From: an uncultured Oscillospiraceae bacterium
GTDB lineage: Bacteria; Bacillota; Clostridia; Acetivibrionales; DTU013
Length of the DNA stretch: 64,000 bases
Direction of reading: 5' to 3'
Assembly (NCBI GenBank): GCA_964587755.1
Contig: CAZPMC010000001.1
Coordinates: 53,127 to 117,126 of the forward strand
The stretch's first letter is position 1. Each line of letters begins with the position of its first letter. Positions 10,040-18,647 of the stretch are shown piece after piece. Made by a program: the position numbers and the translations under genes. The notes under the pieces were generated by a model. That model did no database searches and was not told where the DNA came from. It saw only the letters and a program-made list of their open reading frames with translations.

Positions 10040-10392
10040 GTACATGTTAAGCGTTGTCATGCTCGGTGCTTTTGAAATGATGTTTCTTGTCACCGGGTTT
10101 ATACCTCTGTACTCATTTTTAAGTAATATCAGCTACAGGCCTTGAACTGTCTCAACAGATCTTAGGTATCTTTAGAAAAAAGCTGGCTGAAAAACCGGAA
10201 CTCAATGACAAAATCACTCTTGTATATGGTGATATGTCTGACTTTCACCACTTTCCTGTATCCGTGAGCATTTGGAGGACGATGGTGTTTTCATTGTCAA
10301 TGTGTTCAATCCATATCCAGTAATGGACGAAAGCCTATGACGTTACCTATCCCGATGGAAGGACGAAGCGCATTGTCGATGATCTGAAGTAA
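10040..10392 (+). pseudogene. Decayed class-I SAM-dependent methyltransferase remnant
   Basis: No ORF of 60 aa or more. Fragments in different frames read ...ATGLELSQQILGIFRKKLAEKPELNDKITLVYGDMSDF..., ...EHLEDDGVFIVNVFNPYPVMDES* and ...YPDGRTKRIVDDLK*. The N-terminal GxGxG region is missing. Confidence 0.5.
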
Positions 10393-10530
10393 TTTATATG
10401 TGTTGAAAATAAAGGCCTAGGCCGGAATAGTCATTTGGGTAATTGAACCACCAGGCGTTTTTGCACATCATTGAGAAGATTAACATATTATATGAAAGGA
10501 AACATTATGTAAACAAAGGTGAGTAAAATT

Positions 10531-11205
10531 ATGAGTGACAATAAACATAAAAACCCTCCTTGTACTAAAGAGTTAGCAAAATGCCCTCCGGAGAAGGTTA
10601 AAGCTTCTATAGTGATAAATAACTCCAGTTGCCCGTCGGCAGACAAACAAGGTACTGCTTCAAGCCGCCGGTGCCCGCCTTCAGAACTGGTCAGAAACGG
10701 TGGATTTGAACAACCGGGCATTTTTGAGGCATTTGCTTATTGGAATGGAAGCACATCAAATTTTACTATCCGGTCCTTTGACCATCCTTATGAAGGAATC
10801 GAAGCCGCAGAATTCATATCTAGCCAGACAGATACACTTACTGAAAAAACTGCTGCTTTAACTCAAGAGGTTTCAGTGACTCCAGGATGTTACCTGATTC
10901 TTAGTTTTGCAGATAACTTTCGAAGAGCAGGGGAAGGAGGATTTGATGGCCTCGACATAAGAGCAAGTGTCTTTTATGAGGAAGAAGGCAACAGAGTTAA
11001 CCTGATAACTATTGAAATTGGATATAGTGCGGAAGCTGATCAAGCAGGTCAGGGCTATGTTTTCCATCAGAAAGCTTCAGATATTCCTGTTCCACCTAAT
11101 GTCAACAATGTTACTGTTGAATTTTTCGTACAGGTGAGAGATGTGGCAGCCGCCGGTAATGCAACCCAATGGCTGCTTGACGGTGTCTCGTTAAGAGCAA
11201 TATAA
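10531..11205 (+). CDS. Hypothetical protein: Cys-Pro-rich N-terminus plus NGGFE-type (CBM4/9-like, NTTRR-F1-like) jelly-roll domain
   Basis: ORF 10519..11205. ATG 10531 follows RBS AAAGGTGAG. Three CP motifs (KCPPEK, SCPSAD, RCPPSE), then ELVRNGGFE...W and a beta-rich C-terminus. No signal peptide. Confidence 0.55.
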   Translation: MSDNKHKNPPCTKELAKCPPEKVKASIVINNSSCPSADKQGTASSRRCPPSELVRNGGFEQPGIFEAFAYWNGSTSNFTIRSFDHPYEGIEAAEFISSQTDTLTEKTAALTQEVSVTPGCYLILSFADNFRRAGEGGFDGLDIRASVFYEEEGNRVNLITIEIGYSAEADQAGQGYVFHQKASDIPVPPNVNNVTVEFFVQVRDVAAAGNATQWLLDGVSLRAI

Positions 11206-11356
11206 GAGGGACGGTTCTTGAAAATAGAGATACACAATGCGAGGGACAGTTCTTAAAAACAAAGAAAAAGCTCTTTTCTTTTTGGGTTGCTTTTTAGTTC
11301 ATATTAAGGTTATACACCAACAGGAAGAGGTATCAGTCTTTTTCCGCTGCAGAAAA

Positions 11357-11740
11357 TTACAATCTCCTGCCGCAATAAGGGCAAAAATTAAATTCCTGCG
11401 GCACATCGGTTCTACAATTCGGGCAATACTTAAAGGGTAAATAATTGTTAATCCGCCGCAGATTGTCCTTCTTGATTTCAGTGTCTGGATTTTTCTCAAA
11501 TTCCTTACCGACAAAAGGGTCCAACTCATAAAGGCTGCCGCAGCATGAGGTTTTTACAATATACTTAACTTTCCACCTGAACATCGGTATGAAAAAAATG
11601 TGGAAATATCTGTACGACTTATAAATTTCATATCTGGCTAATCTTCCGCATGAAGGGCATTCAATGTTGTTATAAGTTCCTATATTCTTATCTTTGTCCT
11701 GTATACCAAAAAACGCTATAAAAAACATATGATTATTCAC
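11357..11740 (-). CDS. Zinc-ribbon domain protein
   Basis: 127 aa with CPSCG...SCCG and C-terminal CPNC...CPYCG pairs. Confidence 0.6.
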   Translation of the reverse strand: MNNHMFFIAFFGIQDKDKNIGTYNNIECPSCGRLARYEIYKSYRYFHIFFIPMFRWKVKYIVKTSCCGSLYELDPFVGKEFEKNPDTEIKKDNLRRINNYLPFKYCPNCRTDVPQEFNFCPYCGRRL

Positions 11741-11921
11741 TCTACTTCTCTATTAGTACTTTATCATACTATATAATATAACCATGAAAATAATAATATC
11801 AACAAGAAAATAAACCTTCTCCACTGCTCTATACCCTTGCTTAAAATTGCGTTTACCCCTGCTTAGATTTTTACCTTGACTGTTTGCAGATGATATATTA
11901 GAATAGGAATGCAATATTATT

Positions 11922-11997
11922 GGGGGTGTAGCTCACCTGGGAGAGCGCTTGACTGGCAGTCAAGAGGTAAGGGGTTCGATCCCCCTCATCTCCACCA
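11922..11997 (+). tRNA. tRNA-Ala (anticodon GGC)
   Basis: 76 nt: GGGGGTG-TA-GCTC-ACCTGGGA-GAGC-G-CTTGA-CTGGCAG-TCAAG-AGGTA-AGGGG-TTCGATC-CCCCT-CATCTCC-ACCA. Cloverleaf folds by hand. G3:U70 alanine identity pair is present and CCA is encoded. Confidence 0.93.
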
Positions 11998-12007
11998 CAA
12001 TTTGTCT

Positions 12008-12043
12008 GAAAGGCCTGATTTATCAGGCTTTTCAGCATTTTTT
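12008..12043 (+). terminator. Intrinsic terminator after tRNA-Ala
   Basis: GAAAGGCCTGA-TTTA-TCAGGCTTTTC followed by AGCATTTTTT. Confidence 0.75.
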
Positions 12044-12059
12044 CTGACCAAATTTATCA

Positions 12060-12103
12060 ATACAATAAAGCCGTTGGTTATGAGACCGGCGGCTTTATTG
12101 TAT
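12060..12103 (+). other. Perfect 14-bp hairpin (second stem-loop after the tRNA, upstream of feoA)
   Basis: ATACAATAAAGCCG-N16-CGGCTTTATTGTAT. No strong U-tract follows. Confidence 0.5.
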
Positions 12104-12229
12104 ATTGATTTAAGGGCTTTACTTGTGTTTCCTTTGTTTTGCTTCGGAACAAATTGCATAATACCGACATATCTTAGGATAGGTATGCATTATCGCACTT
12201 CATTAGTTGCCTGTTTGGGGGTTTTGTGG

Positions 12230-12466
12230 ATGGGTGGAAGGCTAATTTCTTTAAGCTCCTTACCGCTGGGAAATCAAGCAAGGGTGAGGGCTCTAAAATC
12301 CGTAGGCGCAGTCCGGCGCAGAATGCTTGATTTAGGTTTAATTGAAAATACTTTAGTCATTCCTTTACATAAAAGTCCATCAGGTGACCCTGTTGCATAT
12401 CTTATCAGAGGTGCAGTTATCGCATTGCGTTTGGAAGATGCTTCTAAAATATTGGTAGAACCATAA
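12230..12466 (+). CDS. feoA: Ferrous iron transport protein A
   Basis: Last 78 codons of track ORF 11909..12466: MGGRLISLSSLPLGNQARVRAL...RRRMLDLGLIENTLVIPLHKSPSGDPVAYLIRGAVIALRLEDASKILVEP (FeoA pattern). G-rich RBS about 9 nt upstream. Confidence 0.8.
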   Translation: MGGRLISLSSLPLGNQARVRALKSVGAVRRRMLDLGLIENTLVIPLHKSPSGDPVAYLIRGAVIALRLEDASKILVEP

Positions 12467-12508
12467 AGCATTGTTTTGAACGGTATTTTTTGAGGAGGCT
12501 TATACATA

Positions 12509-14620
12509 ATGAGGTCTGCAGAAATGGTTGCAGCTGAACATACCAATAATGTAGTCGCACTTGCAGGCAACCCCAATGTCGGTAAAAGTACAGTATTCAA
12601 CTGCCTTACAGGACTTAAGCAACATACTGGAAACTGGCCGGGCAAGACTGTCTCAAGCGCCCGGGGCATCTATCGTCACAAGGATAAGAGCTTTGTTTTA
12701 GTAGATATACCTGGAACCTATTCTCTCATGGCAAATTCTACAGAAGAAGAAATAGCAAGAGATTTTGTGTGCTTTGGAAATCCCGATGCAGTAGTTGTCG
12801 TGGTTGCAGCAACATGCCTTGAAAGAAATCTCAATCTTGTTTTACAAACCCTTGAAATCACTCCAAAAGTGGTTGTTTGTGTAAATCTGCTGGATGAAGC
12901 CGAAAAGAAAAAGGTTAAGGTAAATTTAAGAGAGCTGTCAAATATTCTGGGTGTACCAGTTGTCGGAACTAGTGCAATAACCGGGAAAGGTTTAAATGAA
13001 TTAATGGAGGCAGTTTATGAAACCACAAATAAAAAAGCGCCTCCCACTCCTATAAAAATCACCTACGATTCTGCAATTGAAGAAGCCTTAGATACATTGG
13101 AGCAATCAGTTAAGAAAATAGTAGGTGATAGCATTAGCAGCCGCTGGGTATCTCTAAAGCTCCTTGATAAAGACACAACCCTCTTAAAGTCCCTAAAAAG
13201 CTATCTGGGTTATGATATATCGAAGGATATTAATGTTTCAAACAGTCTTGCGGATGCGAAAAAAATACTGGCTTCCGATGAAATCGGGGAATCAAGCTTA
13301 AGAGACAGGATTGTCTCAAAGCTAGTGCTCACAGCAGAGGAAATCAGCAGAAAAGTCGTTTCTTACGCCAGATCCTACAGTAGCAGCACTGACCGCAAAA
13401 TAGACAGTGTTCTGACATCCAGAACCTTTGGCTTTCCTATTATGATACTTCTTCTGGCTGTAGTATTTTGGATTACAATATCAGGTGCAAACTATCCGTC
13501 CCAATTGCTGTCTTCCCTGTTTTTCTGGCTCCAAGAGCAATTAGAGATGCTCTTTGTATGGGCTAATGCCCCTCAATGGGTCACCGGCCTTTTTGTCAAC
13601 GGAATTTACAGAACTATAGCATGGGTAGTATCGGTAATGCTTCCCCCCATGGCAATTTTCTTTCCGTTGTTTACACTTCTGGAGGACTTAGGGTATCTTC
13701 CCCGTGTGGCCTTCAATCTGGATAATTTTTTTAAAAAAGCCCGTGCCCACGGCAAGCAGGCATTGACCATGTGTATGGGTTTTGGATGTAATGCTGTCGG
13801 AATCACAGGCTGCAGGATCATAGATTCCCCGAGGGAGCGGTTAATTGCAATAATCACTAATAATTTTGTGCCATGCAATGGGCGTTTTCCAACATTAATT
13901 TCAGTTATCACCATGTTTTTTGCAGGCATGTTTGTAAAACCTTTTCAGTCTATAGTTTCAACTTTGATTTTAACAGGCACTATTCTTCTTGGCATTTTCA
14001 TGACACTGATTATTTCAAAGATATTATCAAAAACAATACTAAATGGACTTCCATCGTCCTTTACTCTTGAGCTGCCACCTTACAGAAAGCCCCAGGTAGG
14101 TAAGGTCATTGTCCGCTCAGTACTTGACAGGACTTTGTTTGTTCTGGGCCGTGCTGTGGCTGTAGCTGCCCCTGCAGGCTTAATAATATGGCTGATGGCA
14201 AATATATATATTGGCAATCTTAGTCTTCTGTCTCATTGTGCAGGCTTTCTCAACCCCTTTGCATCTCTTTTCGGAATGGACGGTTATATTCTGATGGCTT
14301 TTATTTTGGGCTTTCCCGCCAATGAAATAGTCATACCTATTATCATTATGAGCTACATGTCAACAGATAGTATCCATGAGCTTGAAAGCCTTAATCTGCT
14401 CAGAGATTTACTGGTATCCAACGGCTGGACCTGGGTAACAGCCGTATGTGTTATGCTTTTTTCCTTAATGCACTGGCCTTGTGGCACTACCTGCTGGACA
14501 ATAAAAAAAGAGACCCAAGGCCTTAAATGGACCTTGGTGTCTATTTTAGTTCCTACGATTTCGGGATTAATAATTTGCTTTATTGTCGCTAACCTTGCAC
14601 GATTAATCGGAATCGGATGA
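12509..14620 (+). CDS. feoB: Ferrous iron transporter FeoB
   Basis: 703 aa. N-terminal G-domain GNPNVGKSTVFN, DIPGTYSL, then a polytopic membrane domain. Confidence 0.95.
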   Translation: MRSAEMVAAEHTNNVVALAGNPNVGKSTVFNCLTGLKQHTGNWPGKTVSSARGIYRHKDKSFVLVDIPGTYSLMANSTEEEIARDFVCFGNPDAVVVVVAATCLERNLNLVLQTLEITPKVVVCVNLLDEAEKKKVKVNLRELSNILGVPVVGTSAITGKGLNELMEAVYETTNKKAPPTPIKITYDSAIEEALDTLEQSVKKIVGDSISSRWVSLKLLDKDTTLLKSLKSYLGYDISKDINVSNSLADAKKILASDEIGESSLRDRIVSKLVLTAEEISRKVVSYARSYSSSTDRKIDSVLTSRTFGFPIMILLLAVVFWITISGANYPSQLLSSLFFWLQEQLEMLFVWANAPQWVTGLFVNGIYRTIAWVVSVMLPPMAIFFPLFTLLEDLGYLPRVAFNLDNFFKKARAHGKQALTMCMGFGCNAVGITGCRIIDSPRERLIAIITNNFVPCNGRFPTLISVITMFFAGMFVKPFQSIVSTLILTGTILLGIFMTLIISKILSKTILNGLPSSFTLELPPYRKPQVGKVIVRSVLDRTLFVLGRAVAVAAPAGLIIWLMANIYIGNLSLLSHCAGFLNPFASLFGMDGYILMAFILGFPANEIVIPIIIMSYMSTDSIHELESLNLLRDLLVSNGWTWVTAVCVMLFSLMHWPCGTTCWTIKKETQGLKWTLVSILVPTISGLIICFIVANLARLIGIG

Positions 14621-15160
14621 TTCCCGGGCAATATGGGTAATATCCCTTGGCAATTCAACAGGACACCTGTTTTTGTATTTAATATATCTGAAATCCATAC
14701 CCTCATATTGGTTAAGCCCGCTTTCAGAAACAATTTCCCAATTTTCAAAAGAGTCAAGGTTCGGAAAACGCCTGTCAGCTTCAAATTCCCTATAAAACCT
14801 TGTGACATACACATGGGTGCAATAGGGTAAAAGCTGCCTGTACACAGACTCTCCCCCGATAATAAATACATCCTCTGCATTATATCTCAAAAGAGCCGAA
14901 AACAGCTCTTCTAGGGAGCGGCAAACTATAAGTCCTTCAATATCAAATTTACCTTTGCTGCTTAAAACTATATTTACTCTGTCCGTAAGCGGCCTGCCTC
15001 CCGGAAGGGACTCAAGGGTTTCCCTCCCCATAACAACAACTTTTCCCTTTGTAGTCTTTGCAAAAAATTTCATATCCTCGGGGACCCGCTTTAATAGCTT
15101 GCCTTTGTTGCCTATCCCCCAGTTTAAATCCGCAGATAAAATTGCTTTTATTTTTATCAC
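14603..15160 (-). CDS. folA: Dihydrofolate reductase
   Basis: ORF 14603..15175. DHFR motifs LNWGIGNKGKLL, VPEDMKFF, VVMGRETLESLP, IIGGESVY. Start is ambiguous (GTG 15160 or TTG 15175). The 3' end overlaps feoB by 18 nt. Confidence 0.85.
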   Translation of the reverse strand: MIKIKAILSADLNWGIGNKGKLLKRVPEDMKFFAKTTKGKVVVMGRETLESLPGGRPLTDRVNIVLSSKGKFDIEGLIVCRSLEELFSALLRYNAEDVFIIGGESVYRQLLPYCTHVYVTRFYREFEADRRFPNLDSFENWEIVSESGLNQYEGMDFRYIKYKNRCPVELPRDITHIARESSDSD

Positions 15161-15164
15161 CCTT

Positions 15165-15995
15165 TCACACCGCAACGGGAATGTTTTTAATCTGTGGCCC
15201 TCTCACATAATTCTCAAGAGCAAAATCCTCTACTGTAAAATCGTAAAAGTCCTTGACATCACGGTTTATGATAAACTTAGGTGCCGGATACTGCTCCCTT
15301 CCGATAAGCTCCTTTACAAGAGGTATGTGCCTGTCATAAATATGTGCGTCGGCAATTACGTGGACAAGCTCACCTGCTTCCAGATCGCTCACTTGTGCAA
15401 GCATGTGAATCAAAACGGCATACTGGCACACATTCCAATTATTTGCCACCAGTACATCCTGTGAACGTTGATTCAATATTCCGTTAAGTTTTTTCCCTGT
15501 AACATTAAAGGTCATACTGTATGCACATGGGTACAGGTTCATCTCATGCAGATCACTGTGGTTGTAAAGGTTTGTAATGATGCGCCTGCTGTAAGGGTTG
15601 TGCTTTAAATCATAAAGGACTCTGTCCACCTGGTCAAATTCACCCTCAGGATATTTGTGCTTTACCTTTAGCTGATATCCGTAGGCTTTACCTATAGAGC
15701 CGGTCTCATCGGCCCAACTGTCCCAAATATGGCTGTTTAAATCTTTTATGTTGTTTGATTTGCGCTGCCATATCCACAACAGCTCATCAACGGCTGCCTT
15801 AAGGTTTGTGCCTCTTAAAGTCAATATGGGAAACTCCTCAGAAAGATCGTATCTATTGACTACACCAAACTTTTTTATGGTATGGGCAGGCTCTCCGTCT
15901 TCCCATACTGCCCTTACATTTTGTCCTTCTGATGACCAGCCGTTTTCTAATATGTCGGTACACATATCGACAAATATCTTATCAGCTCTACTCAT
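15165..15995 (-). CDS. thyA: Thymidylate synthase (ThyA)
   Basis: 276 aa. Motifs LWIWQ, RRIITNLYN, YPCAYSMTFNV, NQRSQD, VIADAHIY. Confidence 0.95.
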   Translation of the reverse strand: MSRADKIFVDMCTDILENGWSSEGQNVRAVWEDGEPAHTIKKFGVVNRYDLSEEFPILTLRGTNLKAAVDELLWIWQRKSNNIKDLNSHIWDSWADETGSIGKAYGYQLKVKHKYPEGEFDQVDRVLYDLKHNPYSRRIITNLYNHSDLHEMNLYPCAYSMTFNVTGKKLNGILNQRSQDVLVANNWNVCQYAVLIHMLAQVSDLEAGELVHVIADAHIYDRHIPLVKELIGREQYPAPKFIINRDVKDFYDFTVEDFALENYVRGPQIKNIPVAV

Positions 15996-16029
15996 CCTCT
16001 TAATACCTCCGCCGGTTCTATTTGGTAAA

Positions 16030-17937
16030 CTACATGGCTTTAGTTTCTATTTCCTTCAATATCTTTTCAACGAATTCATCTGCCGCCATAGGTCCTAAAT
16101 CGCCTTCCTTTCGGGATCTGACAGCAACCTGGCCCATCTCCATCTCCTTGTCTCCCACCACAAGCATGTAGGGTATCTTCTCCAGTCGGGCTTCTCTTAT
16201 TTTAAAGCCTATCTTCTCGTTTCGCACGTCGATCTCAGTTCTTATACCCAAACTCTCCAGCTTCTCCTGCACTTGTTTCACATAAGGAATGTGTTTTTCA
16301 ACAATGCTGAGTATCTTTACCTGTACAGGTGAAATCCAAAAAGGGAAAGCACCTGCGAAATGCTCTGTGAGTATGGCAATGAAGCGCTCAATACTGCCGA
16401 AGACAACTCTGTGTATCATGACAGGCCTGTGCTTTTCTCCGTCTGGTCCTATATAGCTTAAGTCAAATCTTTCCGGCATCTGCATATCAAGCTGAATTGT
16501 CCCGCACTGCCAGGTACGCCCGATGGAATCCTCAAGATGGAAGTCTGTTTTCGGCCCGTAAAACGCACCATCTCCCTCATTAATTTTGTATTTCAGACCC
16601 TTGTAATCCAGTGCACCTTTAAGGGCAGTCGTGGCTCTCTCCCAATCCTCATCGCTTCCCATTGATTGCTCAGGTCTTGTTGATAACTCAACATGGTATT
16701 TGAAGCCGAAAATACTGTAGAATTGGTCTATTAAATTTATGACATTGATAACCTCATCCTGAATTTGCTCCGGAGTCATAAATATATGGGCATCATCCTG
16801 GGTAAAGCAGCGCACCCTCATAAGGCCATGCAATGCTCCTGAGAGCTCATGTCTGTGAACAAGTCCCAGCTCTCCCATCCTCTGGGGCAAATCCCTGTAA
16901 GAATGCAGCTTCCGCTTGAAAACCAGCATGCCACCGGGGCAGTTCATGGGTTTTATTGCAAAGTCGGCTTCGTCTATTTCAACAGTATACATATTGTCCT
17001 TATAGTGCTCCCAATGTCCTGAGCGATGCCACAAATCTTTATTTAAAATTATCGGTGTCTTTATTTCCTGGTAACCGTTTTTCCTGTGCTCATCTCTCCA
17101 GAAGTTTTCAAGCTCATTTCTCAGGACCATGCCCTTTGGCATGAAAAAGGGAAATCCCGGTCCTTCTTCCAGTATATCAAATAAATCAAGCTCCCTGCCC
17201 AGCTTTCTGTGGTCACGCTTTTTAGCTTCTTCTAGTCTGAAAAGGTATTCATCAAGCTCGCTCTTTTTGAGGAAAGCAGTACCATAAATCCTTTGGAGCA
17301 TTTTATTCTTTTCGTTTCCTCTCCAATAAGCGCCCGCAATGGATGTGAGCTTTAACGCTTTTACTCTTCCCGTGCTTGCGACATGAGGTCCTGCGCAAAG
17401 GTCAGTAAATTCGCCTTGCCTATAGAAGGATATTACCGAATCCTCCGGTAAGTCTCTTATAAGCTCGGCTTTGTACGGTTCACCCATCTCAAGCACAAAG
17501 TTAATCGCCTCTTCCCGTGGTAGTGTAAATCTCTCAAGATTAAGGTTTTCCTTTACTATCTTTGTCATCTCAGCTTCTATTTTTTCTAAGTCCTCCGGAG
17601 TAAATGGCTTTTCGGTTTCAAAATCATAATAAAAGCCATTATCGATAGCAGGACCTATAGCCAGCTTAACGCCCGGATACAGTCTCTTTACAGCCTGGGC
17701 AAGAATATGTGATGCGGTGTGCCTTAAGGCGTGCTTTCCTCCGTCTGTGTCAAATGTTAGTAAATTAAGAGTGCAATCTTTTTCAAGAGCTGTGTTTAAG
17801 TCCACAACCTCACCGTCGACTTCGGCTGCTAAGGATGCTCTTGCCAGGCCCGCACTTATACTTTCAGCAACCTCCATGACCGTTGTACCTTTTTTAAATT
17901 CCTTTACTATGCCATCCTTTAACGTAACATTGATCAT
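16030..17937 (-). CDS. thrS: Threonyl-tRNA synthetase
   Basis: ORF 16030..18024. True start MINVTLKDG at 17937 follows RBS AAGGAGGA. TGS domain, HTASHILAQA, class II motifs. The upstream part of the ORF is the T-box leader. Confidence 0.97.
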   Translation of the reverse strand: MINVTLKDGIVKEFKKGTTVMEVAESISAGLARASLAAEVDGEVVDLNTALEKDCTLNLLTFDTDGGKHALRHTASHILAQAVKRLYPGVKLAIGPAIDNGFYYDFETEKPFTPEDLEKIEAEMTKIVKENLNLERFTLPREEAINFVLEMGEPYKAELIRDLPEDSVISFYRQGEFTDLCAGPHVASTGRVKALKLTSIAGAYWRGNEKNKMLQRIYGTAFLKKSELDEYLFRLEEAKKRDHRKLGRELDLFDILEEGPGFPFFMPKGMVLRNELENFWRDEHRKNGYQEIKTPIILNKDLWHRSGHWEHYKDNMYTVEIDEADFAIKPMNCPGGMLVFKRKLHSYRDLPQRMGELGLVHRHELSGALHGLMRVRCFTQDDAHIFMTPEQIQDEVINVINLIDQFYSIFGFKYHVELSTRPEQSMGSDEDWERATTALKGALDYKGLKYKINEGDGAFYGPKTDFHLEDSIGRTWQCGTIQLDMQMPERFDLSYIGPDGEKHRPVMIHRVVFGSIERFIAILTEHFAGAFPFWISPVQVKILSIVEKHIPYVKQVQEKLESLGIRTEIDVRNEKIGFKIREARLEKIPYMLVVGDKEMEMGQVAVRSRKEGDLGPMAADEFVEKILKEIETKAM

Positions 17938-17944
17938 AAAAATC

Positions 17945-18182
17945 CTCCTTATAATAAATAAGCTCCCGTCACTTGCAGCTATTATAAATCTACAAGGGAC
18001 GAGAGTCATCTCCCGTGGTTCCACCCTAATTGGTACTCATTGTGATTATAACGTTATCACCGAATATGCTCCGGGGTGGTCTTCATCTGCTTTTCCAGAA
18101 GTCCGCTTCCAGCCATGACGGACTCTCTCTTTCAAGAAATAGTCAAACTACTCTTCCCTTCATTGCACAATATTTTATGTTT
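17945..18182 (-). promoter_or_regulatory. T-box leader, Thr specifier (ACC)
   Basis: Minus strand has the T-box sequence AATTAGGGTGGAACCACG (18032-18014). The specifier loop reads ...GAAG-ACC-A... with ACC at 18080-18078. Stem I elements AGAGAGAGTCCG...GGCTGGAAGCGGAC. A terminator-like stem lies before the thrS RBS. Confidence 0.85.
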
Positions 18183-18188
18183 TTATCT

Positions 18189-18216
18189 ATTATATCTCAA
18201 TCTTATCCTATGTCAA
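18189..18216 (-). promoter_or_regulatory. Sigma-A-type promoter for the thrS leader
   Basis: TTGACA-16 nt-TATAAT on the minus strand. Confidence 0.55.
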
Positions 18217-18306
18217 CCACAAAATAAAGGGGACAGTCTTGGGATATTTCCGGGCAATTGTGGCAATTAATGTTAAATGTTAAAATGTCTCAAGGGAGAT
18301 TTTAGT

Positions 18307-18456
18307 ATGAGATTCAAAAGAAAAATATATTATAGAAAATTACGCCGGCAAAAAATAAAAAACTTCTTTTTACTTGTTGTTGTGATGCCCGCCTTTCTGG
18401 TTATAGTTGGCTATTTACTTGCATCCATAATTATATTACCTTCAATGGCAGGGTAA
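18307..18456 (+). CDS. Candidate 49-aa small membrane protein (below the track cutoff)
   Basis: MRFKRKIYYRKLRRQKIKNFFLLVVVMPAFLVIVGYLLASIIILPSMAG*. RBS AGGGAG lies 8 nt upstream. Basic N-terminus plus one TM helix. Followed by the 18589-18625 terminator. Confidence 0.35.
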   Translation: MRFKRKIYYRKLRRQKIKNFFLLVVVMPAFLVIVGYLLASIIILPSMAG

Positions 18457-18588
18457 TTTAGTAATGTTGCATAAAAAACAAATAATGTCCTTAAAAATTG
18501 TCAGTTATAAATGATATTATAAAAATTTAGAAAAAATCGTATAATTAAATCATGCAACTAAAAGTTTTCCTCCTTTTTATTATATTAG

Positions 18589-18625
18589 AAAAGCCGGTTA
18601 TGTCGAGGACCGGCTTTTTGTCGTT
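18589..18625. terminator. Bidirectional intrinsic terminator
   Basis: AAAAGCCGGT-N10-ACCGGCTTTTTGTCGTTTT, 20 nt beyond the comEA stop on the other strand. Confidence 0.7.
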
Positions 18626-18647
18626 TTCTATACTTTATTGCATTTTC

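Noticed and set aside
11909-12229. N-terminal 107 codons of the 185-aa ORF 11909..12466
   Set aside because: This part reads straight through tRNA-Ala, its terminator and the long hairpin. Only the last 78 codons (FeoA) are credible.
12104-12229. Fur box upstream of feoA
   Set aside because: Only weak AT-rich half-sites (TGCATAATA / TGCATTATC) in direct orientation are present, not the 7-1-7 inverted repeat.
12274-14880. Minus-strand ORFs 12274..12669, 13606..13929, 14353..14880 and plus ORFs 13873..14070, 14633..14830
   Set aside because: They are antisense or out-of-frame shadows of feoA/feoB/folA with no homology-like motifs.
14955-16098. Plus-strand ORFs 14955..15464 and 15748..16098
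   Set aside because: They are antisense to folA/thyA, both of which have unambiguous family motifs.
17717-18270. Plus ORFs 17717..18118, 18030..18227, 18076..18270 and the N-terminal 29 codons of the 664-aa thrS ORF
   Set aside because: The region is the Thr T-box leader. The thrS start with a strong RBS is at 17937.
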